64,000 nucleotides of DNA from an uncultured Thermoplasmata archaeon (GCA_963768855.1 CAVYJM010000006.1:32001-96000), one strand, 5' to 3'. Numbered from the stretch's first letter, positions 37,029 through 50,333 are shown. A program made the numbers and translations. Notes: generated from the letters alone by a model not told the origin.

Positions 37029-39193
37029 TTACTCTGCCGCGCTTGCTTGCGCGTAGCCGAGATGGGCGTTGAGCTTGCGCGAGCAGATCCGCCGCCGCCT
37101 CCGCGATATTGGTGCCCGGGCCGAAGATCGCCACCGCGCCCGCCTCGTAGAGCGCGGCGTAATCGTCCGGCGGGATGACGCCGCCCACCACGATCAGGAT
37201 ATCCGGCCGGCCCTGTTCCGCCAGCTCGGCCTTAAGCTCCGGCACGAGCGTCAGATGCCCCGCGGCCAGCGACGACACGCCAATCATATGCACGTCGTTC
37301 TCGACCGCCTGCCGCGCCACCTCGGCGGGCGTCGCGAACAGCGCGCCGATATCCACGTCGAAGCCCAGATCGGCAAACGCGGACGCGATCACCTTCTGCC
37401 CCCGGTCGTGCCCATCCTGGCCGACCTTGGCGACGAGAATGCGCGGGCGGCGGCCGTCGTTCTTCTCGAAGTCCTCGCACAGGGCGATGACGCGCCGCAC
37501 CTTTTCGTCCATCTGCCCGATCTCCTGGCGGTAAACCCCCGAAATGGCCCGCGTCTCGGCGCGATGGCGGCCGTAGACCTTTTCGAGCGCGCTGGAAATT
37601 TCGCCGACGGTCGCCTTGGCGCGGGCGGCATTCACCGAAAGCTCCAGCAGGTTGCCGCCGCCGGCGCGCCGCATTGGTGAGCGCGGTAAGCGCCGCCTCC
37701 ACCGCCGCCGGGTCGCGCTCGGCCCTGAGCCGCTCCAGCTTCTCGATCTGGCGCGCGCGCACCGCCGAATTGTCGACCTTCAGCACCTCGACCGGCGCTT
37801 CGTCGTTCACCTGATATTTGTTGACGCCGACAATCGTTTGCTTGCCGCCGTCGATCCGCGCCTGCGTGCGCGCGGCGGCTTCCTCGATGCGCAGCTTCGG
37901 CAGGCCCTGCCCGATGGCCTTCGCCATGCCGCCGAGCTTTTCGACCTCCTGGATGTGCTCCCAAGCCTTCTTGGCCAGCTCGTAGGTCAGGCGCTCGACA
38001 TAATAGCTGCCGCCCCACGGGTCGATGACGCGCGTGGTGCCGGTTTCGTATTCGATGAACAGCTGCGTGTTGCGCGCGATGCGGGCGGAGAAGTCGGTCG
38101 GCAGGGCCAGCGCCTCGTCGAGTGCGTTGGTGTGCAGCGATTGCGTGCCGCCATGGGTCGCGGCGAAGGCTTCCACGCAGGTGCGCATGACATTGTTGTA
38201 TACGTCCTGCGCGGTCAGCGACCAGCCGCTGGTCTGGCAATGCGCGCGCAGGCTCATCGACTTCGGATTTTTCGCGCCGAGGTCCCGCATGAGCCGCGCC
38301 CAGAGCGCGCGCGCGGCCCGCATCTTGGCGACTTCCATGAAGTAGTTCATGCCAATCGCCCAGAAGAACGAGAGGCGCGGCGCGAACGCGTCGATATCGA
38401 GGCCCGCCGCCATGCCGGAGCGCACATATTCGACGCCGTCCGCCAGCGTGTAGGCCAGCTCCAGGTCGGCGGTGGCACCCGCTTCCTGCATGTGGTAGCC
38501 GGAGATCGAGATCGAGTTGAACTTCGGCATCTTCTGGCTCGTATAGGCGAAGATGTCGGAGATGATGCGCATCGAGGGTTCGGGCGGATAGATGTAGGTG
38601 TTCCGCACCATGAACTCTTTCAGGATGTCGTTCTGGATCGTCCCCGAAAGCTGCGCGGGCGCAACGCCCTGCTCCTCGCCGGCCACGATGAACAGCGCCA
38701 GGATCGGCAGCACCGCGCCGTTCATGGTCATGGACACGCTCATGTCGGATAGCGGGATGCTATCGAACAAGGTGCGCATATCGTAGATGGAGTCGATGGC
38801 CACGCCCGCCATGCCGACGTCGCCGCGCACGCGGGGGTGGTCGCTGTCGTAGCCGCGGTGCGTGGCGAGATCGAAGGCGACCGAAAGCCCCTTCTGGCCC
38901 GCCGCGAGATTGCGCCGGTAGAAGGCGTTCGAATCCTCCGCCGTGGAGAAGCCCGCATATTGCCGGACGGTCCAGGGCTGCTGGACGTACATGGTGGGGT
39001 ACGGCCCGCGCAGGAACGGCGGCAGGCCGGGATAGGTGTTCAGGAAATCGAGGCCCTCGGCATCGCTTGGGCCATATGCCGGCTTCAGCGCGATCCCCTC
39101 CGGCGTTTCGGCCGCGAAACCAGCCGCTTCCGCCGCAAGCGACGGCGCCTGCCACTCAACCTTCGAAAAATCCGGCAGTGGAGTATTCGTCAT
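37029..39193 (-). CDS. mutB: Methylmalonyl-CoA mutase large (catalytic) subunit, apparent +1 frameshifts (~37668, ~37079)
   Basis: [74 protein letters not shown] (DxHxxG B12 motif). Confidence 0.96.
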
Positions 39194-39235
39194 CTTATGC
39201 CCTCCGCCGTTAGCGGCACCATACAGCGCGCATTA

Positions 39236-39397
39236 CCCCTCACCCTGTCCTTCTCCCAATGGGAGAGATCGCCCTAGCAACGGCTGCAACTGAGCCCTCT
39301 CCGCATCCGCATGCGAATGCGAATGCGGAGACAGAACGCTCTAACAACGGGCACAACGGAGCCCCCTCTCCCATGGGGAGAGGGTAATGCGGGTGAG
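39236..39397. repeat. REP-like palindromic element, family A, expanded
   Basis: cccctcaccctgtccttctccc...ggggagagggtaatgcgggtgag, with internal ctccgcatccgcatgcgaatgcgaatgcggag; between mutA and mutB. Confidence 0.82.
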
Positions 39398-39427
39398 CAT
39401 GGCGCTCATCCTTCGGCAAAAATCGTA

Positions 39428-41435
39428 CTAGCAGCATCCGCATCCGCAATCGTGGCTATGGGAGTGCATGTGAACCTCGAAGCCTTCCTCGGCTTCCTCT
39501 TCCTCGGCGGCGGCGGCGAGTTCTTCCACTTTCAAGGCGGCCTGCACCTCCTCCAGAATGGCGAGCGCGTTGCAGCCTTCGTGAATGAGGCGGTCGATCG
39601 CTATGGCGTCGGCCGGCTCGATCGTGTCCAAGAGCGAGGCCGGGCCGGCCAGATAGACCGCGACCGCTCCGGCCTTTTTCAGCGCCGAAGCCGCGCCCGG
39701 CATGGACGCATAGACCTTGTTGGATGAGCACAGGCAGGCAACCGGCGCCGGGCTTCGCTTGAAGGCCGCCGCGAGGGCTTCCACGCTCTCGAACCCCTGG
39801 TCCGGAACGATCGCCTCGATGCCGCCCACGGCGAAGAAGCTTTGCACCCAATTCGCGCGCGCCCGGTAGTCGTCCGCCTTGCCGAGCAGCGCCAGGAAGA
39901 TAGGCGGCCTGGACCCGATCATCTCAAGGGCGATGTCGGCACGCCAGCGGAGGTTTTCGAAAGGCTCGGCATCGCGCATTGTTGCGTAAAGCGCGGGCGC
40001 AACGATGCTCGCGACACGGCGGGAGGCCATGCGCAATTCGCGAAGGCTGGCGCCCGCCCGGGCCGCCTCGATCAGGGCGGCAAAGCGCTCGCCCTTGCCC
40101 GCCGCGGGCAACGCCGGCACTTTCCCGGCAAAGGGATGGCTGATTTCATCGTCCGGGCTTGCCACGATGTCCGGGAGCGGCGCCTTTTCCGAAGCATTCG
40201 GGAAAACCGAGACGCCGGTGATCTTGTCCGCGCGGCAGGCCACGGCACGTTCGCGCTCGCTGGCCTTGCGCCGCAGCTCGTCCTCGACGAAACCGCATTC
40301 AATCGCCGCCGCGAGCCCGCCCTTGGCTTCCACCCGGCGGAACAGCGCCCACGCGGAGGCGGCGAGCCCGTTCGTCAGCGCTTCGAGATAGGCCGAGCCG
40401 GCGGCGGCATCGGCGACGGCGGACAGATAGCTTTCCTCTTGCAGAATGAGGCTTGTATTCCGTGCGAGCCGCCGCGGCAAAGCCGCCTCGCCGCCGCTTG
40501 CGCTGTCGAAGGGCAGAATCTCCACGCCGGTTGCGCCGCCAATCGCCGCGCCGAACGCCGCCGCGGTTCCGCGCAGCAAATTCACATGGCTGTCGTAGGC
40601 CGTCTGAATGCGCTCCGGCATTCTGGCAAGCAGCAGCAAATTGGCTTGCGGCTTCTCTCCCGCGGCCTCAAGCGCGCGCGCCCAGAGCAGGCGCAGGCTG
40701 CGGAATTTTGCGATGGTGAGGAAGATGTCCGCCGAGGCGGTCAGCGAAAAGCCGATGCAGCCGGCGCTTGCGGCAAGCGGCATGCCCGCCTCCGCCAGCG
40801 CGCGCCAATAGCTGACGCCAGCGGCCAGCGTGAAGGCCAGCTCCTCGGTGGCGGAGCCGCCGGCGCCGTCCCAGGCGCGGCCGCTCGCGAGGAACGGAAC
40901 GAAGGACGGGAAGCGCTCCCGGATATGGAAAGCGGCGTCCACGTAATCGGCGAAGAGCGCGGCCTGTTGCGCCGGCCGCTCGCCGCTCACCGCAAAGGCC
41001 GTCAGCGGATCGAAGCCGGCCGAGCCTTCGATGCCGCTCTTTTCGTTCGCCGCGAGCACCAGGGCGGCATCCGCGAGCAGCCGATCCTGGCGCCAGGATG
41101 TAAGGCACATCCGAGCCAAGCAGATATTTGAGAGCCGTCGCAGTCTCGGCGTCCAAGCCCGCATCGAAATCGATGGATAGCGCGCCATCGCCGTGGAGGG
41201 CGTCAGCGAGTTGCGCTTCAGAGCTGGTAAGCGGCTGCACCGCGTACCAGCCCCGCGAACCGAAAAGCGGCGGCCTTGACTGGGCCTGCGTGTAGAGCGG
41301 CTCGGTTGTGAGCCCCTCGTGCAGTTCGGTTCGCAGCGTATCGAACGGTGCTTTGGCCAATGCCTTGTCTACAAGAGCAAGCCATTCGGCCTCTGAGGCT
41401 TGGGGAAAGCCGGCGGAAAGTGAAAAGTGATCCAT
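39428..41435 (-). CDS. mutA: Methylmalonyl-CoA mutase small (beta) subunit, apparent +1 frameshift near 41078
   Basis: FPQASEAEWLALV, GGSATEELAF, IAKFRSLRLLW, NLLRGTAAAFGAAIGGA, RLARNTSLILQEESYL..VADAAAGS, ITGVSVFPN, ACLCSS; upstream of mutB. Confidence 0.9.
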
Positions 41436-41708
41436 GGTGCAAACGATACCTGAGCGGACGGAAGGCGTCCACAACCGGGCCGATGTTTGAAGCGTGTAGT
41501 GGCCTCACTCTTACCGTGACTGCAATAGCCGCGCTACAGTTTTTGCTGCCGCGCGGTTCAGTTATGCCGGCGGCCGAACAAAACACCGGGCTAGGGCGTA
41601 GGGTTCTAATCGCTTGATGTAGTAAGCTAATTTATACGGAAAGGCCACGGAACCATGTACCGTCTCGAACCTTTCTCATCCGCGTCGATAAAGTGTAGCG
41701 AGGACGAA

Positions 41709-42035
41709 ATGGGTCTCTTGGACGGTCTGATCGGAGGCGCGGTGGGCGCCGAAATGATATCCGTTGTCAACGGCTTGATCGAAAAGCACGGCGGCGTTAA
41801 AGGTCTAGTCGCGCAATTCCAGCAACAGGGCCTTGGTCCAACCATACAATCCTGGGTTGGAAACGGCGAAAACCTGCCGATTTCGCCAGAACAGGTGCAT
41901 CAGGCCCTGGGCTCCGATACGGTGCAGCAGCTCGCCGCGAAGCTCGGGATACCGCCCAGCGAACTGGCGGCGAAACTGTCGCAGGTCCTGCCGCAGGCGG
42001 TTGACAAAATGACACCGAATGGAGCGGCTTCATAA
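41709..42035 (+). CDS. YidB family protein
   Basis: MGLLDGLIGG...GGVKGLVAQFQQQGLG..IQSWVGNGENLPISPEQV...LSQVLPQAVDKMTPNG. Confidence 0.88.
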   Translation: MGLLDGLIGGAVGAEMISVVNGLIEKHGGVKGLVAQFQQQGLGPTIQSWVGNGENLPISPEQVHQALGSDTVQQLAAKLGIPPSELAAKLSQVLPQAVDKMTPNGAAS

Positions 42036-42084
42036 GCCCCCTGCCCGGCGATGCCGCCCACGCCGCGAAATAGGCCGGTGCGCT

Positions 42085-42370
42085 CTATGTACGGAACGGC
42101 TTCCGGCGCCCGTCCCGGACGTGAAGGATCGGCACTTCCTCGCCCGCGATGCGATAGAAGGCGATGTAGGGCGTGCGAGAAATTGGCATACGCCGGACGC
42201 CCGCAGCATTGAGGCGGCGCCCCATTCGCGGGTGCTCGCTCAACTTCTCGATGGATGTAACGATCAGGGACAGCACCGCCTGCGCGGCGGAGGGGTTCTC
42301 ATTTCGAATGTAGGCCGCAATGGCGTGCAAATCGCGGGTGGCGCGAGGCGCCAAAATCACTTTTGGCCAT
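42085..42370 (-). CDS. RelE/ParE family toxin, orphan, +1 in an A-run near the start
   Basis: MAK/VILAPRATRDLHAIAAYIRNENPSAA...IEKLSEHPRMGR...PYIAFYRI...ILHVRDGRR. Confidence 0.85.
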
Positions 42371-42604
42371 CCTATTTATAGAGCCATGAACGAGAAAATC
42401 GCAAACATCCTGAAGCAGGTGTGGGAGTTCCCGTTTGACACTTGAAGCGCGGCCGGCTTTCTTGATCGCCGTCGCCCTCCGCCAAAGCCCCGCCACAGTT
42501 CTCGTGCCTATGCCGTTTTGCCGCCAGCGCGCGGCGTCCCCTCAAGCTGTTGTTGAAACCCTGGCGGCTTCCTTTATAACGCCTCGAAACCCGAGCGCCC
42601 AATA

Positions 42605-45600
42605 ATGCCCAGACGCACAGACATTGACTCCATCCTCATCATAGGGGCTGGCCCGATCGTGATCGGCCAGGCCTGCGAATTCGATTATTCCGGCACGCAA
42701 GCGTGCAAGGCTCTCAAGGCCGAGGGATACCGGATCGTTTTGATCAATTCCAATCCGGCGACGATCATGACCGACCCGGATCTGGCGGACTCGACCTATA
42801 TCGAGCCGATCACGCCGGAAATCGTCGCCAAGGTCATCGAGCGCGAGCGCGCGGCCTTCCCCAACGAGCGCATGGCGCTCTTGCCCACGATGGGCGGGCA
42901 GACCGCGCTCAACACCTCGCTCAAGCTGTTCCATAACGGCACGCTGGAACGTTTCGGCGTCGAGATGATCGGCGCGAAGGCGCACGCCATCGACAAGGCC
43001 GAGGACCGGCTGCTGTTCCGCGAGGCGATGACCAAGATCGGGCTTGCGACGCCGCGCTCGAAGCTTGCGCACAATCTTGTGGAGGCGCAGGAAGCGCTCG
43101 AATATGTGCAACTGCCAGCGATTATCCGGCCGTCCTTTACGCTTGGCGGCACCGGCGGCGGCATCGCCTACAATCGCGAAGAATATATGCACATTGCCGA
43201 GCGCGGCCTCGAAGCCTCGCCCACGACGCAGATTCTGATCGAGGAATCCGTCATCGGCTGGAAAGAATACGAGATGGAGGTTGTCCGCGACACGAAGGAC
43301 AACTGCATCATCGTCTGCTCCATCGAGAACGTCGACCCGATGGGCGTGCATACCGGCGACAGCATCACCGTCGCGCCGGCGCTGACGCTCACCGACCGCG
43401 AATACCAGCTGATGCGCAACGCCTCCATCGCGGTGCTGCGCGAGATCGGCGTGGAGACCGGCGGCTCGAACGTGCAATTCGCGGTGAACCCGAAGGACGG
43501 CAAGCTCGTCGTCATCGAGATGAACCCGCGCGTGTCGCGCTCGTCGGCCCTGGCTTCGAAAGCGACGGGTTTCCCCATCGCCAAGGTGGCGGCCAAGCTC
43601 GCCGTCGGCTACACGCTCGACGAACTCGACAACGACATCACCAAAGGCGCGACGCCCGCGTCCTTCGAGCCCACCATCGACTATGTGGTGACGAAGATCC
43701 CGCGCTTCGCCTTCGAGAAGTTCCCCGGCGCGCCGGTAACGCTGACCACCTCCATGAAATCGGTCGGCGAGGTGATGGCGATTGGCCGCACCTTCGAGGA
43801 AAGCCTGCAGAAAGCGCTGCGCTCGATGGAGACGGGGCTCACGGGGCTCGACGATTATGTGCTGGAAGGGCTCGGCCAGGGCGACGACAAGAACGTGATC
43901 CGTGCCGCGCTCGGCACGCCGTCGCCGGACCGGATTTTGAAGGTGGCCCAGGCGCTGCGGCTCGGCTTCGATCATCGAGCAGATCTATTCCTTCTGCCAC
44001 ATCGATCCGTGGTTCGTCTCGCGGCTGCAGGTCATCGTCGATGCCGAGGCGAAAGTCCGCGCGCATGGCCTCCCGGACACGGAGCGGGCATTCCGCGGGC
44101 TGAAGTCCATGGGCTTCTCGGATGCGAGGCTCGCCACGCTTAGCGGTCTCACCGAAGCCGAAGCGAGGACGAAGCGCCAGAGCCTCGGCGTGCTCCCGGT
44201 CTATAAGCGCATCGATACCTGCGCCGCGGAGTTCCCGTCGCCCACGGCCTATATGTACTCGACTTACGAAGAGCCGCTGGGCGGCAAGGTGAACTGCGAA
44301 GCCAATCCGAGCGACCGCGAAAAGATCGTCATCCTGGGCAGCGGCCCCAACCGCATCGGGCAGGGCATCGAGTTCGATTATTGCTGTTGCCACGCCGCCT
44401 TCTCGCTGTCGAAAGCCGGCTACGAGACCATCATGGTCAACTGCAACCCCGAGACGGTCTCAACGGATTACGACACATCCGACCGGCTTTATTTCGAGCC
44501 GCTGACGTCCGAGGACGTGCTTGCCATCATCGACAAGGAAAGCGCGAACGGCAAGCTCAAGGGCGTAATCGTGCAATTCGGCGGCCAGACGCCGCTCAAG
44601 CTCGCGCAGACGCTCGATGCTCACAACGTGCCCATTCTCGGCACCTCTCCGGACGCCATCGACCTCGCCGAGGACCGGGACCGCTTCAAAGTGCTGGTCG
44701 ACAAGCTCAAACTCCGGCAGCCGAAAAACGGCATCGCCTATTCCATCGAGCAGGCGCTTCTCGCCAGCGAGGAGATCGGCTTCCCAATCGTGGTCAGGCC
44801 CTCCTACGTGCTTGGCGGCCGGGCCATGGCGATCATCCCCGATCAGGCCACGCTGAAGGACTATTTCGACACGACGCTCGCGGCGTTCGTGCCGCAGGAT
44901 CTCCAGCACCGCTTCGCGGGCAACAGGCGCGCGCAGGTCAACGCCGTGCTGGCCAAGAACGCGCTGCTGCTGGATTCCTACGTTCGCGATGCCATCGAAG
45001 CCGACGTGGACGCCATTTGCGACGGCAAGGATGTCTTTATCGCCGGCGTGATGGAGCATATCGAGGAGGCGGGCGTCCATTCGGGCGACAGCGCCTGCTC
45101 GCTTCCGCCTCACTCTCTCTGCGCGGAAACCCTGGCCTTGCTGGAGCGTCAGACCGCTGAAATCGCGCGCGCCCTCAACGTCGTCGGCCTGATGAACGTG
45201 CAATACGCGATCAAGGGCAAGGACGTATACGTGCTGGAGGTCAATCCGCGCGCCAGCCGCACGGTGCCCTTCGTGGCCAAGGTCATCGGCCATCCGGTGG
45301 CGTCCATCGCCGCGCGGGTCATGGCCGGCGAGAAGCTTGCGAGCTTCAACCTGACACGGCGCACGCCCCAGCACGTCGGGGTCAAGGAAGCCGTTTTCCC
45401 GTTCGAGCGCTTTCCCGAGATCGATCCCGTTCTCGGCCCCGAGATGCGGTCGACCGGCGAGGTCATGGGCATCGACCGCAGCTTCGATTTGGCCTTCGCG
45501 AAGAGCCAGCTTGCGAGCGGCAGCCGGCTGCCCACATCGGGAACCTTGTTCGTTTCGGTGAAAGAGGCCGACAAGCCCCGGATCGTCGAGCAGATAAGGG

Positions 45601-45932
45601 ATCTGGCGAGCTTCGGTTTCAAGATACTTGCGACGCGCGGCACCGTTCGTTACCTTGAAGCGAATGGTATTGCATGCACCAAGGTGAACAAGGTGCTTGA
45701 GGGACGGCCCAACATCGTCGACTCCATGAAAAATCGCGAAGTAGATCTCGTTTTCAACACGACTGAAGGCGCGAAGGCGCTCGCCGACAGCTCGACGATC
45801 CGGCGCGCGGCGCTGATCTACAAGATTCCGTACTACACAACGATCGCAGGCGCGCTCGCGGCCACCGAAGCCATCAAAGCAATGCGCGCAGGCATCCTTG
45901 AAGTTCAGCCCCTGCAGAAATATATCGCCTAA
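42605..45932 (+). CDS. carB: Carbamoyl-phosphate synthase large subunit, apparent +1 frameshift near 43976
   Basis: [77 protein letters not shown] domain. Confidence 0.97.
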
Positions 45933-46040
45933 AATCTGCGTGCCGGTGCCGGATTCGGCCCCAGGCGCGTAATGCTATTGCGACTTTCGCCAAAAACGCT
46001 TTGTCGAGTCCAGGACGTTATCTGGATCAGGGAGATTTGT

Positions 46041-46521
46041 ATGACCGAGAAAGTGCCGATGACCGCTCAGGGGCATGCAGCGCTTGAGGCCGAGCTTAAA
46101 AGGCTAAGATCGGTCGAGCGCCCGCTCATCATCAAGGCGATCGCGGAGGCCCGGTCCCATGGCGATCTTTCCGAGAACGCCGAGTACCATGCCGCCAAGG
46201 AAGCCCAGGGCATGAACGAGGCGAAAGTCGCGGATTTGGAGGACAAGCTCTCGCGGGCAGAGGTCATCGATATCTCCAAGCTGTCCGGCGACACCGTGAA
46301 GTTCGGCGCCACCGTGACGCTCGTGGACGAGGACACCGAAGAGAAGGTGAAGTACCAGATCGTCGGCGATTTCGAGGCCGATGTCCGGCAGGGACGGATC
46401 TCCATCGGCTCGCCGATCGCCCGCGCGCTTATCGGCAAAAAGGCCGGCGAACTCGGTCGAGGTGAACACGCCCCGCGGCGCGAGGTCCTACGAGATCTTG
46501 AAGGTCGCCTTCAAAGCTTGA
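46041..46521 (+). CDS. greA: Transcription elongation factor GreA, +1 frameshift near 46450
   Basis: [36 protein letters not shown] / [18 protein letters not shown]. Confidence 0.95.
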
Positions 46522-46550
46522 TCGGGAGGGGTGCCGCACTAACGGCGTTA

Positions 46551-46647
46551 CCCCTCACCCTGTCCCTCTCCCCATGGGAGAGGGGACGCCTTCTCAACGA
46601 TTGCGAGCGAGTTCCCTCTCCCTATGGGAGAGGGTTAGGGTGAGGGG
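46551..46647. repeat. REP-like palindromic element, family A
   Basis: cccctcaccctgtccctctcccc...gggagagggttagggtgagggg; between convergent greA and lrp. Confidence 0.9.
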
Positions 46648-46689
46648 TAACGCCCTTTGCCTATGCCTCATCCCTCTGCCCCCCCAGCT

Positions 46690-47157
46690 TTAGTCCAGCG
46701 GGGCGCCTGGCTCGTGCTTGGCGGTCTTGATCGTGATGGCCGTCTTGACCGAGTTGACGTTCGGCGCGGCCGTCAGTTCACGGATGATGAAGTTCTGAAA
46801 CGTCACGACATCGGGCGCGACGCACTTCAGCAGGAAATCGATATCCCCCGAGAGCATATGGGCCTCGCGGACGATATCCCAGTGGCGCGCCCGCGCTTCG
46901 AATGCCGAAAGGTCTGCCTCGGACTGGCTTTCGAGCTTCACATAAGCGAACGCCGTTAAGTGAAATCCTAGACGGTGCAAGTTGAACGCCGCATGATATC
47001 CGGAAATAACGCCGCAACGTTCCAACTCCCGGACGCGCCGGAGGCATGGCGGCGCGGAAAGGCCCACCCGGTTTGCAAGCTCAACGTTGGTGATGCGGCC
47101 GTTCTTTTGCAGTTCGGTCAGTATTCGCCAATCGGTTGTATCGAGTTTCGCGTTCAC
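46690..47157 (-). CDS. Lrp/AsnC family transcriptional regulator
   Basis: LDTTDWRILTELQKNGRITNVELANRVGLSAPPCLRRVRELE...SGDIDFLLK; GTG start inferred. Confidence 0.92.
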   Translation of the reverse strand: MNAKLDTTDWRILTELQKNGRITNVELANRVGLSAPPCLRRVRELERCGVISGYHAAFNLHRLGFHLTAFAYVKLESQSEADLSAFEARARHWDIVREAHMLSGDIDFLLKCVAPDVVTFQNFIIRELTAAPNVNSVKTAITIKTAKHEPGAPLD

Positions 47158-47400
47158 GTCGTTTGCTGTCCGGGTAAAGGCGCTGCTTACCATAAGGGTA
47201 AACATCTTCTAATATCCGTCTGCAGTAAAATAAAAAATGATTAAGATCAAAAAATGCAAATTATGAAGCATTGTTTCGCCAGGGCCGCAGGGCTGACGGA
47301 GCCCGCGCCTTGAAGCCGCGGCTTAAGCGCTCTTCTTGTAAAAACGGCTTGCAAGCCCACTTGTGCGGTGCAACACAGGGGACGGGGAGAAAAACGCGCC

Positions 47401-48364
<964 letters not shown>

Positions 48365-48391
48365 GCGCGTGCAATCCCGGAGGCAAAAGCC

Positions 48392-49288
48392 GTGACCTTG
48401 GACTGGGACAAGCTGCGGATTTTTCACGCCGCCGCCGAGGCGGGGAGTTTCACCCACGCGGGCGAAACGCTGAGCATCAGCCAGTCCGCGGTCAGCCGTC
48501 ATATTAGCGCGCTTGAACGGGATCTGAACGTTCCCCTGTTTCACAGGCATGCGCGCGGGCTTGTGCTGACGGAGCAGGGCGAGCTGCTTTACAGGACCGC
48601 GCAGGATGTGCTGAGCAAGCTTGCGACAGCGCAAATCCTGCTCGCCGATTCAAGGGGCAAGCCCAGCGGCGAGCTCAAAGTCACGACGACACAGGCGTTC
48701 GGAACGGGCTGGCTCGCGCCGCGCCTCAACGAGTTCATGAAGCTCTATCCGGATATCCAGCTCAACCTCCTGCTCGGCGACGAGACCCTGAGTCTCACCA
48801 TGCGCGAGGCCGATGTCGCGATCTGGTTCGGCGCTCCCACGCAGCAGGACTTGGTGCGCCGGAAGTTGTTCACCGCGCATTATCACATCTATGCTTCGAG
48901 CGAGTATGTGAAGCGGTACGGCAAGCCGAAGTCGGCCGCCGATCTCGACAAGCATCGCATCCTGACTTACGGCGGCCCAGTGCCAAGCCCGTTCAAGGAG
49001 ATGAACTGGCTTGAGACGGCAAACCGCGATGGCAAGGGGCCGCGGGAGCCCGCGCTCAGGATCAATAGCCTGGTGGCACTTCGCGAGGCGGTTGTGCACG
49101 GCATCGGCATCGCGGTCCTGCCGGACTATCTTGCCAAGGACTACCCCGGCCTTATCAACCTCCTGGAGGATATGGAAATGCCGGTATTCGACACATTTTT
49201 CGTATACCCGGAAGACTTGAAAGATACAAAGCGCGTCAATGCCTTCCGCGACTTCCTCGTCGCGAAATCGCGCGAGTGGGCGTTCTAA
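48392..49288 (+). CDS. LysR family regulator (LsrB/VtlR-like by synteny with trxB)
   Basis: LDWDKLRIFHAAAEAGSFTHA..LSISQSAVSRHISALE...FHRHARGLVLTEQGE. Confidence 0.92.
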   Translation: MTLDWDKLRIFHAAAEAGSFTHAGETLSISQSAVSRHISALERDLNVPLFHRHARGLVLTEQGELLYRTAQDVLSKLATAQILLADSRGKPSGELKVTTTQAFGTGWLAPRLNEFMKLYPDIQLNLLLGDETLSLTMREADVAIWFGAPTQQDLVRRKLFTAHYHIYASSEYVKRYGKPKSAADLDKHRILTYGGPVPSPFKEMNWLETANRDGKGPREPALRINSLVALREAVVHGIGIAVLPDYLAKDYPGLINLLEDMEMPVFDTFFVYPEDLKDTKRVNAFRDFLVAKSREWAF

Positions 49289-49579
49289 AGCAGCTTTCCA
49301 AGAACCTCGGCCGCGGACCGCCCGGCCCGTGCAGCCGCTAATTGTCTCCGCTTATAATGTGGTGCAATTGCGCAACGGGTGTGATGAATTTGAAGCAAGC
49401 TGCCGTCGCCGCCATTTTCGCGGGGCCAAAACTGTCTACAATCTATTAGTGCTGAGTGATTCGGCCGCAATTCTCATGGCCGAGAAGGATGGCGTGGTGC
49501 GTAGAGCGAGTTTCCCGAGGGGACAGGCTTAAGAGGCGCAATACGCCTCGAAGCCGATGCAGGCTTAACGAGGCGGTCC

Positions 49580-50221
49580 ATGAAGCTCTTTCAAATCATC
49601 GCAAGCGCGCAAGGCAGCCGCGCATTTTCGAACATGGGACAGGCTTTCGGCTTCACCGATGAGCTGATGGCGCAAACCGTGCGGTATTTCATCCCGCCGA
49701 TGGCGAAGGCCATCGAGAAGCGGGCGCAAACTCCAGAAGGTTTGCTGGCGGTCCTGGAGTTTTTGGGTTCGCGTCGCTACGACCGCTTTCTCGACGATCC
49801 GCGCATTTTCGGACACGCGCAGGTCTTGAAGGAAGGCGAGCGGGTGCTCGACTACCTTTTCGTGCGGGAAGCGCGCGTCAAGAAGATCATCGAGAACCGG
49901 GCCAACGTCTTGCAGATCGAGGCGGCGGCGCTGCAAAACATATTGCCCTATATCGCCGTCATGGTGATCGGCGCCATCGAGGTTAAGACCAGGCGTCCGC
50001 TTGGCGTCATCTGGCACCGCATCTCCAAGGGAGCACCCGGCGACCGCGCTCTTGCGAATCCCTATCTCGCTCTCGCGCAGCATCTCAAGAAGCAGGACCG
50101 CGAGCAGAAGGAGCAGCGGCGCCGGCGGTTCTTCTCCTTCCTTGGCGTTGGCGCTGCCCAGACGCCAGAAGTGCGGGATGAACCGGCTCTCGAAGCGCCC
50201 GGGCTTTTTCTGTCCGCCTAA
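49580..50221 (+). CDS. DUF937-like hypothetical protein
   Basis: MKLFQIIASAQG..AFSNMGQAFG...G..VLDYLF...LQNILPYIAVMVIG resembles DUF937; GAGG RBS. Confidence 0.65.
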   Translation: MKLFQIIASAQGSRAFSNMGQAFGFTDELMAQTVRYFIPPMAKAIEKRAQTPEGLLAVLEFLGSRRYDRFLDDPRIFGHAQVLKEGERVLDYLFVREARVKKIIENRANVLQIEAAALQNILPYIAVMVIGAIEVKTRRPLGVIWHRISKGAPGDRALANPYLALAQHLKKQDREQKEQRRRRFFSFLGVGAAQTPEVRDEPALEAPGLFLSA

Positions 50222-50232
50222 CACCCCGTTGG

Positions 50233-50329
50233 CGTTATCCCGTGCGCGGTGCGCCGCAGACGCGGGATCGTCGAGAACGCCGATGCCCTTTAAGATCCCG
50301 GATAGCGGCAGGCGGCTTCCGGGATGACG
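50233..50329. repeat. REP-like palindromic element, family B
   Basis: cgttatcccg...cgggatc...gatcccgga...tccgggatgacgg; between convergent genes. Confidence 0.8.
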
Positions 50330-50333
50330 GCTC

